Positions 51,426 through 64,000 of a DNA stretch of 64,000 nucleotides are shown here, piece after piece (the stretch's first letter is position 1; the number at the start of each line of letters is the position of its first letter). A program made the position numbers and the translations under genes. The DNA comes from Lama guanicoe. Lineage: Eukaryota. The DNA lies in contig MU054323.1 in NCBI GenBank assembly GCA_013239625.1, positions 14,121,950 through 14,185,949 on the forward strand, given 5' to 3'. Below the pieces are notes generated by a model that made no database searches, was not told where the DNA came from, and worked only from the letters and a program-made list of their open reading frames with translations.

Positions 51426-52419
51426 TAATTTTCTATCTTGATGAGAGAAGAAAATGTAGAAAATGAAATGGCATGTTTCTGGATAAAAATGTAACCATTT
51501 TAATGTGTGATTTGCTGTGCACTTGTACGTTCCTTAAGAAGATGGAGGAAATTGTCAGTAGAATTCTAAATAGATATTGCTCCTGGAGATGTTACAAATA
51601 TTAAAGAAAGCAAAACAACCAAAAAGAATGGAGGATGGTTAAACAATCTGTTGGTAAATTAATGTTAGATTGCTAGCAAAAGAATGAGCTAACAGACTGA
51701 GTTAACATGTGTTGACAAGATGGTTGTGAAAATCTGAGAAAGCAATAATGTTAGAAAAGACTTGGGGGATTGGTTGTCATCCAGTTAATTAGCTGCAACA
51801 CATGCCTGTGTGACTTTACACCACACAGAGGATTTTTCCCAAATGACAATGATGTGAATACACCTGCCACATCACAACAGGGCCTCTTCACTCTCTCAAA
51901 ATTGAAGGAAAATTGGAGTGATCAAGACCATTGATTATGGATTTTTGTAGATTGTTCTCTGATGGAAAACTTAAGTAACAGAAGGTGTAGAACTTGATGG
52001 GAATGACCAGGTGAATGTCAATACAAAATTGTTACAACAAGACCCATTATTACATAATTAGAAAATTATCAACTCAGTCACATTCTCCAGTCCTCATTCC
52101 CTGAAGTCAATAGTGGGGGTATGACTGTTGGATTATCACATAGAAATCAGTCCTGTCCTATTTTGCTGAGATCTGTTGGATTTCCTGATGGGAGCCTCTG
52201 GACAGAATTCTTTCAATCCCTTCCCTCTCCTTCCTGAACCAAGTCTTCTTTATCTCAAAGAACCACCCCAAGGCAGCTCATACTCCAAACACATCAGACT
52301 ACTGACTATTGCTTAAATAGATTCTGGAATTTCCTATTTCTTTGTCTTTATTCATCCTTTTTCTTTAGCTTAAGATATTCTCCTTCAGTTATCAACTCCA
52401 TGCTTGTTATTCTTCAGTT

Positions 52420-52845
52420 TATCCCTTGAGATCCACTGTCTGTGCTGCTTAGTGACCTGGGAGGCTGAGCACCTTGCAGTGCATTACCTGGACTTTTTGC
52501 CCTCTGGTTTCTCCTTGGGTTTGACCAACGGGAGATATTGGCAGGACATACAAGAGTGGAAGGTGAAAGATATAGTGGTTTTTGTTTTTTTACAGTGTCT
52601 GTAATCCTCTGTCCAAAGCCACAACTCCCCAACTGTAATATATAATCCTTTCTTTGAATTACAGTTATGGCATTCTCACCCTGACCCTTGCAGCCTAAAG
52701 AAGGTAAAGATATTATGGTCTCGTTGGCTCCAGGATGCTGTACCATCCTTGTTTGTTCCCTTCACTCTGCCTGAACATTTGTACTCATCTTTTCATTAAA
52801 TTTTCTTCAATTTCTCTCTTTGAAAGTACCATCAGTTCCTTCCTC
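52420..52845 (+). mobile_element. ERVL LTR (LTR33-like)
   Basis: TTGCCCTCTGGTTTCTCCTTGGGTTTGACCAACGGGAG...CCTTGCAGCCTAAAGAAGGTAA...CTTTTCATTAAATTTTCTTCA. Confidence 0.75.
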
Positions 52846-53167
52846 ATACATGAAATTTTTCTCAGTTCCTCATTGGAAATTGAAACCTCCATTTTTTTGT
52901 GCTCCTGGTGTAATTATAATAGCTACTGCAACAGCTGTTGGATCCCAAGCCATATGCTCTGGTATACAAGGAAAATAATAATTTTTCTATATCTCAGCTT
53001 AGTTTGTATTTTGATTTTTCTATTCCAACCTGATGACAGAAAGTTAATTATCAATTTGAGATTACCCTACTCTCAAAGCAGTGTCAGATTTAGAGGGAGC
53101 CTGTGTAGCCCAGGTGAGGTGGCACAGCAGCCTGTACTTCAGTCATCAGTCCATTCAGGGGCATATC

Positions 53168-53575
53168 TGTAATGGAATGGTGATGCCAGGCCCAGATCCC
53201 TCTTCAATGAAGGACAAGTAGCTCCATTTGCTGAGATTACTGTCACGAGACAGCCTTCAGCTGATGCCACATTACACAAGGTTATGACCTTCCTGGGGTT
53301 GTGTATGTTTAGTGGCAGTTCGCTGTGATGATACGGAAGCTTGGCCATTTTGGTCTCCTGCGTAACAGCTTTGAAAGGCCTTTCTAGTTCCATTGTCTAT
53401 GGGGTTGCCTGATGCCTTTGTTGAACCTGTGGTACAGTGCCCCTTCTCCCTCTGTCCTGACCAGTTCTTCTACTTTCCTTCCACAGGTGTTGATCCCAAG
53501 GGCACTTCCTAATAAACTTTGTGCACCATAAGCTCCATTTTAGAGCCTACTTTCCAAGGATCAGAATCTGCAAAA
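53168..53575 (+). mobile_element. ERVL LTR (LTR16A-like)
   Basis: GCCCAGATCCCTCTTCAATGAAGGAC...CCACAGGTGTTGATCCCAAGGGCACTTCCTAATAAAC. Confidence 0.78.
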
Positions 53576-53681
53576 ATATCTTTGGTGCTACATACTTCTC
53601 AGTAACCAATTGCAGCTGAAGTATCCCTCCTTGCTATCTCCTGACTCTCAGGTTTGCTCTCCTTCCATTTGTGCTCTCTCT

Positions 53682-54213
53682 AGTAATTATCTGTTGATGC
53701 ATAACAATGTTGCCACAAACTCAGTAGCTTAAAACAACACATCGTTATTATGTCACATTTTCTGTGGATCAGGAGTGTTGTGCAGCTTAGTTGGGCCCTC
53801 TGATGGAAAACTCAAAGGTTGCAATCAGGGTCTTAGCCAGAGCTGCATCCTCATCTGAGGCTCATTTGTGAAAGGAACCACTGCCAAGCTCATGTGGTTG
53901 TTGACAGTGTTCATTCCCTTGTAGCTGTTGGACAGTTTTGCTGATTGTCATCTGAAGCTCATTCTCAGTCCCTTCCTGTGTAGGTTTTCTGAACATGACC
54001 CCTTGCTTCCTCAAAGCCAATAAGGAAAAGAGTCTCCTAGCAAGTTAAGTTTCAATCTTACGTTATCATGAAAGTGGCATTTGGTCACCTTTGCCTTATT
54101 CAGTAGGTCGGAAGCAAGTCTCAATTCCTACCTCACTCAGATAGAGAGGATGAGAGAGTCTGAATCACAGGAGGTAGGAATCACTGGGACCTCCCTAAAG
54201 TCTCTTCACCACA
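53682..54213 (-). mobile_element. MaLR LTR (MLT1E/F-like)
   Basis: GCATAACAATGTTGCCACAAACTCAGTAGCTTAAAACAACAC...CCAAGCTCATGTGGTTGTTG...GGAGGTAGGAATCACTGGG...CACCACA. Confidence 0.82.
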
Positions 54214-55319
54214 CTCTGGAATCTGTGAGATTATCTATGGCCTTGTCTGTATAGGTGCATGAAACAGCTATTCTATTCCTGGCATCTTACTGTCTCTCTG
54301 GGAATCTCTCTGGAGAGTAAAGATCAGAACACTTGTCTGTTGGGCCTAGAAAACTCTTATCTCATTGATACTTCCTCTCTATCAGGAAAATGAAAGCACA
54401 GAAAGGGAAGTGGAGAGAACTCAGACACTAGCAATGGTGATGCATTGGTGGGCGGGGTAGGGGGTGAACTATGTCTAGTTCCAGGGTCGACTCAGTGGTT
54501 TTTCCTCACGTTTTAGAGAAAGGAGAGAGATGGGGGAGTGAGGAAGGGTGAAGGGGAAGGGAGAAGGATAGAGGAAGCCTTGGTGACAGACACTAGGCTG
54601 TACATTCTCCATCCTAGAGACAGAGTACTAAGTACTTCCATTCAGCAGCAGTTACATTTAAATACTCTTCATAATTAAATCTTGAATTTTGTACATTAGA
54701 CTCTAAATCACTCAGCTTGCCACTAATTCTCAGACCTGCAAGATAGAACAGCAAATTCTCTGGAATTATTTAAGGGAGAGAAATCTTGGACACTCTAACT
54801 AGGCTGAGGAGCAGCAGAGTCTCACACTACCTCATAAACCTAAGGACACATTTCCCCGTACCTCTATGTATCAAACCTTCCATGTTTTGCAGTACAAGGC
54901 TGAACATTCAGTGGATAGTGTTCCGTGGTATTTGTCCCTTTCCATTGATCTTCATTGCCAGAGCTGACATTAAGCATAGATGAAGTAGGGCTTCACCTGC
55001 TCAGTTTGTTAGGGGAGAGGGACTGCCCCAGGGTCTTTGAGCCCTCGCGTAGCTTCTTGCCACTGCCCTGCCCTGAGATTACCTTTCATGTCCATGAACT
55101 CTCTTTTTAAGTACAGTTATAATCTAGCATTAACAACATGTCAGAAGCACACTAAAATCTGTACATTTATGAAAATAATTCCAGGTGTGTTATCAACAAA
55201 TTAATCTAACCTTAGCCCAGTGAGCGTATTGAAGGTGTTTAGTGGTATTCTTGTGTTGCATGACAATGAAGCATAAGAAATGTAAGCACCATGTATAAAT
55301 GAGTGGGAATAGGAAATTA

Positions 55320-55545
55320 AACATATTTTGAGCATCTCTTATGTTCTGAGAACTTTATTATGTACTTCACTTATGCCATTTCAATATATTTTCATAATTA
55401 CCTTGAGAAGTACATATTAAAACCTCAATTTTATAGGTGCGAAATCAGGTGCTTAGAGAAGTTAATAAATTGTCAATGTCACAAAGCTGGTAGGGCTTGA
55501 CCAAGGATTTAAACCCAAGTCTGTTTCTTATAAAAGCTGTTTTTC
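55320..55545 (-). mobile_element. MIR SINE
   Basis: TTTTATAGGTGCGAAATCAGGTGCTTAGAGAAGTTAA...GTCACAAAGCTGGTAG...GGATTTAAACCCAAGTCTG. Confidence 0.75.
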
Positions 55546-57944
55546 CACCTGCCATTTGCCTCCTGGAATTAGAATATTTGCATTAGCCTTAAGCAACATT
55601 TCTGGGGACAGCTGGGAGGAGTGGAAAATTCAGGAAACAGGAGAGGGAAGTATGTGTTCCCAAACTTCCTCTTTTTCCAGCAGAAGATATTTAGAGGAAT
55701 TGGTCTGCTTCTGTTCCTCCGTAATTTTCTGCCTGAAATTTGACGCATATATCCCCTATAATAGACTCAGTGAAACACATTACCTCCCTCCCATCTCTTC
55801 TTAAGTAGAAATGAAAGCCCACCTCTGTGACATCAGCTGAACTGTTCCAAACCATTACACACAATAACCGCCTGATAGCCATCTCGCCCCAGATATAACC
55901 ATTTCTGTTGCTCAGAAAACACTTGCTAGAGAGTTACAGAGAAGGGGTATGAGGACTCTCCGGGGGAAAAAAAGGAACCATCAACCATCAGTAAAATCTT
56001 TCCCTGGAATAGATGTATCCTTGCCATTCATTCATAAGAGAGACTTATAAGAAAGAGGGAGAATAAGAAGTGCAGTTGTGCGAGAATCAAAAGGCAAAAC
56101 CTGTATGGGACGGATTAGTGGAATTTGAGTGCCATTAATAATTGACTGAAATAGGAAGAAGAGTAGGAAAGTCTTATTTAGGTAAAAGTGATTACAAAAT
56201 ACAATACCTGAAACATTTGGTCAGTCATAACTGTGGTAATTCCTATTATTATTCCCAGACACTTGTTTATATGAAGAGAGATGAGTGAGCTAGCCACAGC
56301 AAGCTGGTTCAGCACTGATAAATTCTGGAGAAGACCTCTCATGCATATAGAGGCACATGGATTTTCCTGTGAATTAGGCAGCAAAGGAAGTAGCTTACTG
56401 TCTAAAGTCCATTAATTTGAAATACATAGGCCTTAAACTGCGAGGAAGAGAAAATTTTAAAAGGTATTGTCTTATTCTCAAAAGCACTTTCCTTCTCACT
56501 AGCAATTAAGACAGAGGTTAAAGGTGCTTTCACACTGGCATCTATAGAAATGAGGGAGATCAGTGAGCTTAGGAACATTCTGATGCAGGCACAGAAGAGT
56601 TTAGTAATTTAGGTAGGTTTCATTTGACTGAAAGGAAATAGGGCCTGCTGTGTAAGGTTGAATGTCTCAATGAGAAAAAGTAGACAACAAAGAGTCTGTA
56701 AAGGAGAAGGGCATATAGAGCAGAGGTTGATGCTTGATACAGTGTAGATGAGGTGTTACAGAAATGGCTACTCTGGAAATGGCAAAAGGTAGAGGAAGAA
56801 GTTTTCTTTTACACGTTCATGTCATTTTCTGTCCAGTTTCAGTTGTTTTTCTCAACTAAGTCCCTTCCTACCTCTCTTTTTTCACTAGTGAGTTTTCACT
56901 TATTTTTTGATTTTCTTGAAATACTTGCTATATTCCAAATCTTCAAGAAAACAAAAGACAATTGGACAGCTAACCTGTCTTTGCAGGGCTCGTCTCCAAG
57001 TTAGAACCGTTTTGAGCTGCACTTTATTGTGTAATACAATGGTTACATGAAAAAGAAATGTTTTCTAATATCTGGCATTTATTGTTTCTCCATGAGAGAA
57101 CAACTGCAACATGGACTTTTTAACATGCTGATAACTTTCATAGAAGTCTGAAGTTTCTTAATACTGATCTATTTGTTGTTACCGAGCACTCATATCTATT
57201 GTTCATTCTAACATTTGTATGAATGTGCTGTATTCATTATATCTGCCTTTTAGATTGACTTTTCTTTTAGGTAAATAAGAGTTCACTCAGTGATTGTTCC
57301 TATTCTTTTAATTCATTTCTCCTAACCTAACATTATCATAGATAGAGGGCTTTTTGGCCAACATAAGTGTGTCACCTAGTTAAATATGTCACTGTGAGCA
57401 CACAGCATAAAAGGGCAGGAATGAAGTGCTTCATCCACAGCAGCAGGTGAATTCTCCTGGTGAGTTAGATAATAGCACAGGCCTTAGTCTGGTGATAATA
57501 GGTAGGCATAGCAGCTGTGAGCTGGCTTGGCAAAAATGACAGGAAGATGAGAGTTTTGATATATTCTGATGGGAAAGCTACAATGTATTTCCTAATTGTA
57601 TAAATACAATCTCTTCTTTATACATTCCAAGAGCTGTGGTCTTTTTCGACTCTCTTGGTAATGGACGGTTACAAACGAGCCATTCATGGAAGCAAAATAC
57701 TTTAAAATATTTGAAAGGGATTGAGAACAAAGGTCAAATATATATATTTTAGTATAAGGATTGTTCTTTCCACAGTGCTATTATTTTACAGAACATATTT
57801 AGTCAGACTGTGACACTCCTCAACAACATTCTCATGTAGAAATTTAATTAAGTACCCAGTACATAATTTCAACGGCAGTAATACTTTTAGAGAGTTGTAA
57901 TATGCTAGAAAAGGAGATATTCATCTTCTTGCCACCTATGATCA

Positions 57945-58549
57945 TGATGCAGGAAAAATAGATGTGGGGCGTGAGGAGGGCTGTGTCCCAGGCGTCGGTT
58001 GAGCCCCTGGGATGCGCCTCGCCAGGTGTGAGTCCTTGGCTTCGCGCAGGAAAGAATTCAAGAGTGAGCCACAGTTGAGTAAAGGTAGATTTATTCAGAG
58101 AGGTACATTGAAAGGCAAGAGAAAGGCCACAAGGTGTAGGGGTTAGGTGCTCAGATTAAAAGTAGGTACACATTCCATAGACAGAGAGAGGCTGCTGCCT
58201 TGAGGCACTGTGTTGCCAGTTTTTATGGGCTCAGTGGCTTCATATGCTATTAAGTGGAAGGACCAGTCTAAGTAGCTTGGGGAATGGGCTGGGATTCCCA
58301 GAAAGTTGGCCATTTCCCACTCTTTGACCTTTTGTGGCTAACCTTGGGACTGTTATGGCACCTGTAGGCAAGTTAGTCACCATGCTAACATATTACTATA
58401 AGCATGTAATGAAGCTCAAGGTCTACTAGAAGTTAAATCTCCCACCATCTTGAGCCTCAAGGCCTACTGGGAGATGAATCTTTCACCATTTTGATGTTAA
58501 TTGCATTAGCATTCCTTGAATGGCTGTGCCCTGCCCCCTTCCTGTCTCA
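57945..58549 (-). mobile_element. Relatively young ERV1-class solo LTR (605 bp), TSD ATCA/GTCA
   Basis: TG...CA termini; flanks ATCA (57941-57944) and GTCA (58550-58553); antisense poly(A) signal TTTATT at about 58090; CpGs retained in 57965-58050, unlike the flanks. Confidence 0.9.
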
Positions 58550-61504
58550 GTCATGGTTAAAGTCAAGGGTCACCAACTCTTTTGTGGAAAGTAGCTGTAT
58601 CCTTACTGAGGCTTTGAAACAATAGAGAGAGGAATGGAAATGAATATGGGGAGAAATGGAGATTTTTATGGGGAGACAGGAGAGAAGGAGTGTAAGACAA
58701 CTAGGCAAACACTTTACCTCATTAGAAAAAACATGTGCCAGGCTGTAGTGATCAACTGATTTGGAATCTCCATTTATTAGTGTTCAATACCTTACTCTCA
58801 AGGATCTCCTAATTCAGGAGCTCTACAAAGAGATAAACAAAATATTTGCAGTGTGGGTAGTGATATGATAAGGGATATCCAGATCACATAGGATGTAGCC
58901 CCAACCCTGACTCAGCAGAGAAGCCCTTTTTCTTCTGTGGGAATTCCTTTCCTATGGGGGCACATCAGCATAAAATTTCCATTTCTGTGACACCTTGTAT
59001 TGACTCTGAGAATTAAATGAAGTTACTTCTTAGGCCTTGTATTTAAATTTGGTCCTGTATCTGAGAACCAGCTTGAAGGCAGGATGAGCAAAAGAAGACT
59101 ACCAAGTTTTTACTTCTCCTGCATTTAGGGGAGAATCTGATGTGTTACCCACTTTCAGGTACAGAGGTAAAGATACAATGAAATCACTTGCAAGTGAGCT
59201 TGTGGTGGAATTAGGAGGTGTCAAAACAAAATATCCTCATTAACAGGGGACACGCTTTGGCAGTGTCTTAAAGACCTCTCCACTGTCCTCTCTCATGTTA
59301 TTTTTCATTGCCTTTCCTGAGCGTTTCTGTGAGATATGAGATGATATTCATCATACCTGGTTTACAGAATAGAAAACTAAGTGCAGAGAAGGGAAATGAC
59401 TTCTTTTAGATCAACAACAAGTACAAAATCAAGTCATTTCCTTCCCGCCAATCTTAGAATATAATCTGAATTTTGACAACAGACCACACTTCCCAGACAT
59501 TTTTAAAGCGATAAGTAGTGCTGACTTGTATATTAGAATAGAATAGCCCCGGGGAAGATCTGCTGATTATTTTTTTTGCCCTGGCTCTGTGCTGTGGCAG
59601 CTAGGTAGGTCTGATGCAGACCCATACTTTGGAATCTCGTTTCAGTGCTCAAAGAAGATACTACATGGTTTAGTCCAGATAGAAAGTGAGGAGGGATTTT
59701 TTTTTCATTTCTAATGATTATAAGTAGTAATTAAGGAGATGAAGACTGAAACCATTGCTTGTCCATGCTGTTCCCAAAGAGTCTTTCAAAATGTCATCAA
59801 CAAATTATAGATTGATTGAGAAACCACAGTTAATCATGGCACCATCGTTCAGTTAGCTAAAAGAAAAAACAGTAAAAGCTATCGTTCTTTTTATTAATAA
59901 CTAAAATACTGTACTTTCCTTCTTGTCAAGTTTCTTCTTCTGTAAAAGATTATTGCTTTTTTCCTTTAATATCCTATCTTGAACATTGATTTTTTTATTC
60001 TTTAATTTGATTAATTTTATATTCTTTACCTCAGACATTTTCAGTTCTCTGAAGTTTCAGGAAGGGCTTTCTGATCTATCTTGTCAATAAGATACATTGC
60101 AAGGAATAAAAAATTTTCCAAACAGAAAAATATAAAAATTTCATTAGTTTAATTTTTTTGAAAAAAATCAGATCTTAGTTTTTACATACCTAAACTCTCC
60201 TCAGTCTATTATCAAAACCAAACTAGACTATATGGAGAAATAGGAAAGGATTTTCTAAGAAGACAATTTTAATTGTTCTTTACTATTAGTAATCCCAATT
60301 TCACTGTAGCAATTAGTTAGCATTTACAAGGGGTAAGAGGTGTTCTGATACTTTTTGGATTCAGTTTATCCTTTTTTTTTTTCCATTTTTCTTTGTATGT
60401 TTTTTTCTTTGACTGTTATAAATATTGAAAACATTGATAACTTTTAGTTATTTGGCACAAACCTTAGAGAAACTGACAATTAAATGGTCTGAATTATTTA
60501 AAAAAAAAAACTTCTACAGAAATGTATCAGTTCATCCTTTTCATTAGACATTGCATACAATGAGGCATAATTTAACTTGTTCATGTAAATAAAATAAAGA
60601 TTAATCTATAATTAAGTAGAGGTGGGCCAACAGATTTCTTTTCAGTAAAGGGAACAGAAATTATTTACTTCAGAAATATTCAAGATTTTGTATTTTTTAA
60701 AAAAAACATTGATAAGCTTGCAAGTAATTTACAACTGAGATAGATGAGGGGAAAAGAATCCAAAGCTATGGCCCTCTCCTTTTAATATTTTAATAATGTT
60801 TTCCATCATTTCCTGGTGCTCATTTCTACTAAGGTGCACATAACCATTTAAACAAATTTTAGGAATGTTTTTGGTCTCAAGTGTATTTAGTCTCCAGATA
60901 ACATTCCAAGTTCTTTTTAAAAATATATTTATATATAAGTATAAGTATTATATATATATATATAAAACATGATTGACTTTATGAGAAGACTTAAATAATC
61001 TGAGTAAATGATGCAATAAGGAAAAATGATTATATCCTATCACAATTGAGCAGTTCTTGTCCATGACCACAGATTTTTAAAAAGAAAATTTTAACTTTCT
61101 TTTGAGATTTTCAATAGGAGAGAGATTTTCAAAATTTTAGAATCTGTCTTAATATATAGGTATCATTACTAACAAACATTTCTAATAAACAGTTGTAATA
61201 TCAAATATATTAATTTTGTTTCTATTAAGAACTCTTACTTCTTTTTTAATTACAACCTCAATTCATATCAAGTTAAGCAAAAGGATGTTAAAGTATTGGT
61301 GGCCTACAGAGTTTCATAAGCAAGCGGCTAATACAAGCTCAGTGGAAAAGAACAACCAACATTTTCATTTTCAATGTTGTTGAAATATGTTATTCAGGGA
61401 ATTAAAAAATGTTCAACTTATCCATGTAAAAATGCAGTTATTGCTCTGTCTACCTCAGAAAACACCTAAGAGCAGGAATAGTGAACTGATGTTACTGAGT
61501 TTGT

Positions 61505-61680
61505 AAAGCATGTTCACATTCACAGAGTGCATACTTCTTGATCTCTTAGCTCTGTGGGGACAAGTACCATTTTCTCCATTTTACAGCTGGAAAACCTAAG
61601 CTCAGGCAGCTTCTCTGTAATGAATTGACAAGTTTCCATATATAGCCAGGTGTGACCAGAAGTGGTCAGGCCTTCTGCCC
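61505..61680 (-). mobile_element. MIR SINE (MIR3/MIRb-like)
   Basis: CTCCATTTTACAGCTGGAAAACCTAAGCTCAG core. Confidence 0.6.
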
Positions 61681-63133
61681 CCTTAATCCAGTGCCATTTC
61701 TCCTGAGGAGAATGAACTGGGTTAAGCAAAGGTTGTGCTTGACGTCTTTTTATTGCCTTTTTGAAATCTTCAACTTCAACTGGCCCCTACACTTTTAAAA
61801 TGCCTGTGGGCTGTGATGTAGGCGCTGTGTAAGTATCAGCACATTTATTATTTTCACCTATTCCATGGCAGTAAGTGAGAAGTTACACAAATATTTTACT
61901 TGTCACACTCCCACAGAGATTTTTATAGAAAAATAATAGGGGCAGGGGGTGCGAGATGATTCTTGAGGTCTCTTCCAGCTTTCATGTTCTGCAACTACTG
62001 TGCTGGAGCAGAATAATGCTAACATGATGCACGCCAGATGAATTAACCCACCTCAGACAATTGTGAGTTGTAGAGCTGTCATCTTTGAGAGATAATAGTG
62101 CTGCTGTTAGCATTCTTCACAGTAATTCTTAGCTTGATATAATACTTGGAAAATGAAATATTTGGAATTTGTCTTTTTTTTCTTTATTAATAATTTTAGA
62201 CTAGTTCTGCAGACTTTATAAAAGTATAACTGTGGACATGTGTTTCAGCAGCTGTCAATCCATCAGCTCAGAATCTCTTTCAAGTTCTTTCTTCTGCCAT
62301 CCTGAAACAGCTTCCTGGAGATCCTCAAGAGAGTCACACAAATGACTCTATAAGGGCAAGAACTAACCAGATGACATTTACCCTTAAAGACCTTTCCAAG
62401 GTCCACACTTTACAAGTTAGAGGAGCTGTGGTTAATTTGATAAAGCTTTAAAGAAGGGCTTTAAGAAGAGGCAGGGTCACGGCTTACGAAAGAGAAGGTG
62501 AAGACATTTCAGAGGGGATGAGAAGGAGATTGCAGAAGAAGAGGTGAGAAAATAAGAGCCTGTGCACTAAGGTTTGCTGACAAAACTGCGAGCTTACCTG
62601 AAGGCTTCTGAAAGGAAAAAAGTGTGAAAGTTACGAGGAGGCCAGCTAGGGAGAGATCTTTAAATGTTACATTGATTTTTTTTTCTGCAGCCTCTGGGCA
62701 GTTAGCATTTCCAGCAGTTTCCTAAACTGAAGGAACCTGTTAGGCATGGAAATTCAGATTATTTATCTTCCAGTTAAAAGCTTGCTGTCACTAATGCTCT
62801 ATAAAAATGGAGAATATCAGGGCCTGAGCTCCACTCTGGGAGCTTAGACCCACAAAGTATCCGGATATGCCCTGGCTTTAGGAGACCTCTTTAAAGTATG
62901 TCCAGGGATGGAGGGATTCATGTATCTGCTGACCCTGCCTGTAAATTTTGGCCTGAACAAGTGACACTGGATAGTGAGATCCAGAGCCCCTTAAATGATG
63001 GCCTTGAGCCTATAAGATGGGAAAATGTCTTTCAGCTTCCTCCTGTTAATTTTGTGTGTTGCTGGACTGGAAAACTGGAGGAACTTTATCTCTAAGGTAC
63101 AAATCTTTGCATGTTAAAAGAGGTTTGCCTTCT

Positions 63134-63169
63134 TTAGTGTTCATTTAGTGTTCATAGATTAGTGTTCAT
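63134..63169. repeat. Short tandem repeat, three copies of TTAGTGTTCAT
   Basis: TTAGTGTTCAT-TTAGTGTTCAT-AGA-TTAGTGTTCAT, read directly. Confidence 0.9.
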
Positions 63170-64000
63170 TAAAATAGTCTTTTAATGAAATTACTCAAAA
63201 TTCTAGCTCACATTATTTGGCTCATATTTCCTTTTACCATTCTATAGTGACTTAAATAATCTAGTAAGTTGGTGACTACTCATTAATGGATTATTAAAGA
63301 TTCATGTTCACTAATAGGTTATTATCATCACATTTGTCAACATTATATCTTCAGTTGCTATCAATCCTAGGAATTTTTTATTTGCAGATATTTTGAATAT
63401 TATAAAAGTTACACAGAATTAACTTTCTAACTAAATTAAATTATTTAATTTTTTAATGCATTGGATCAGTTCTTCAGTTTAATGTGAATAAAAATGGTAA
63501 TAATTTGTACAATACCTTAAAATATTTGATTTTCTGTAGCTACAACCAAAAAGTAAAATTAGATGGACTAAGGAACTTTATATATTGTGTTTATAGGTTG
63601 ATAGATAAATAATTACACTTAACCTAAAGCAGTAGAAATAAATGTTTTGTGTCTTAATTTTACAGTTTGATCACTGCACATTATTGTGTGACCTTTATAC
63701 TGGATAGAAACCCATAGTTCTGCTTCTGTAAAAAACAGAAGTTCAGTTTAACACATCTCATGGCAGCAAGAACAAAGTGATGGCTTCACTGGGCTGTCTT
63801 TACTCCCCTTCTCCTTTTATTCCTGTCTTCTTCATTAGGAATGTTTCCATTCATTCACATCAGCACAGCCAGTGGACCAGTTATTCTTTGTTACGTTGTT
63901 TCAGCCTCTGTTAATATGTGATGGATAGAAGACAATGATAAAAATGACTTGTATGAATATCAGAACATTCCTCAACTTTCAAAGGGAAGGCTGTACCCTA

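Noticed and set aside
52404..53393. ORFs of 66-145 aa
   Set aside because: They overlap ERVL LTRs, several start at non-ATG codons, and none shows homology I recognise.
57255..57280. TTTTCTTTTAG|GTAAAT as a recursive splice site
   Set aside because: The donor is weak, and such motifs are expected by chance in T-rich DNA.
1..64000. Prokaryotic-type systems (CRISPR array, operons, retrons), tRNA/rRNA genes, processed pseudogenes
   Set aside because: No regularly spaced repeats, no long ORFs and no recognisable structural RNA or mRNA-derived sequence. The composition and repeat content are those of mammalian non-coding DNA.

Overview
This window is AT-rich, CpG-depleted mammalian nuclear DNA, intronic or intergenic. 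The young L1 3'UTRs are of cetartiodactyl type, and I saw no Alu, B1/B2, Bov-tA/BovB, PRE1 or CanSINE, so a camelid source is the most likely inference. I cannot support any intact protein-coding gene, tRNA, rRNA or CRISPR array. The only ORFs with recognisable protein homology are pieces of a disabled L1 ORF2 (about 22.9-25.0 kb, minus strand); the rest of the ORF track looks like noise. Most of the window is layered transposon fossils: a two-LTR, internally deleted ERVL provirus (2.4-4.4 kb) carrying a tailless internal L1 fragment; six ERV1-type solo LTRs within 7.5-17 kb; three young 5'-truncated L1s with target-site duplications (TSDs); a young CpG-retaining solo LTR at 58 kb; old L1M, L2 and MIR copies; MaLR/ERVL LTRs; and MER53 and MER58 DNA transposons. 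I found no convincing new biological system. The best leads are a MER53 palindrome whose arms appear to have co-varied and which keeps a miR-1302-like seed, a candidate non-classical L1 insertion, a tail-to-tail L2 pair, and a few well-formed but unverified small exon candidates. Repeat family names come from my memory of consensus sequences and need RepeatMasker/Dfam confirmation.
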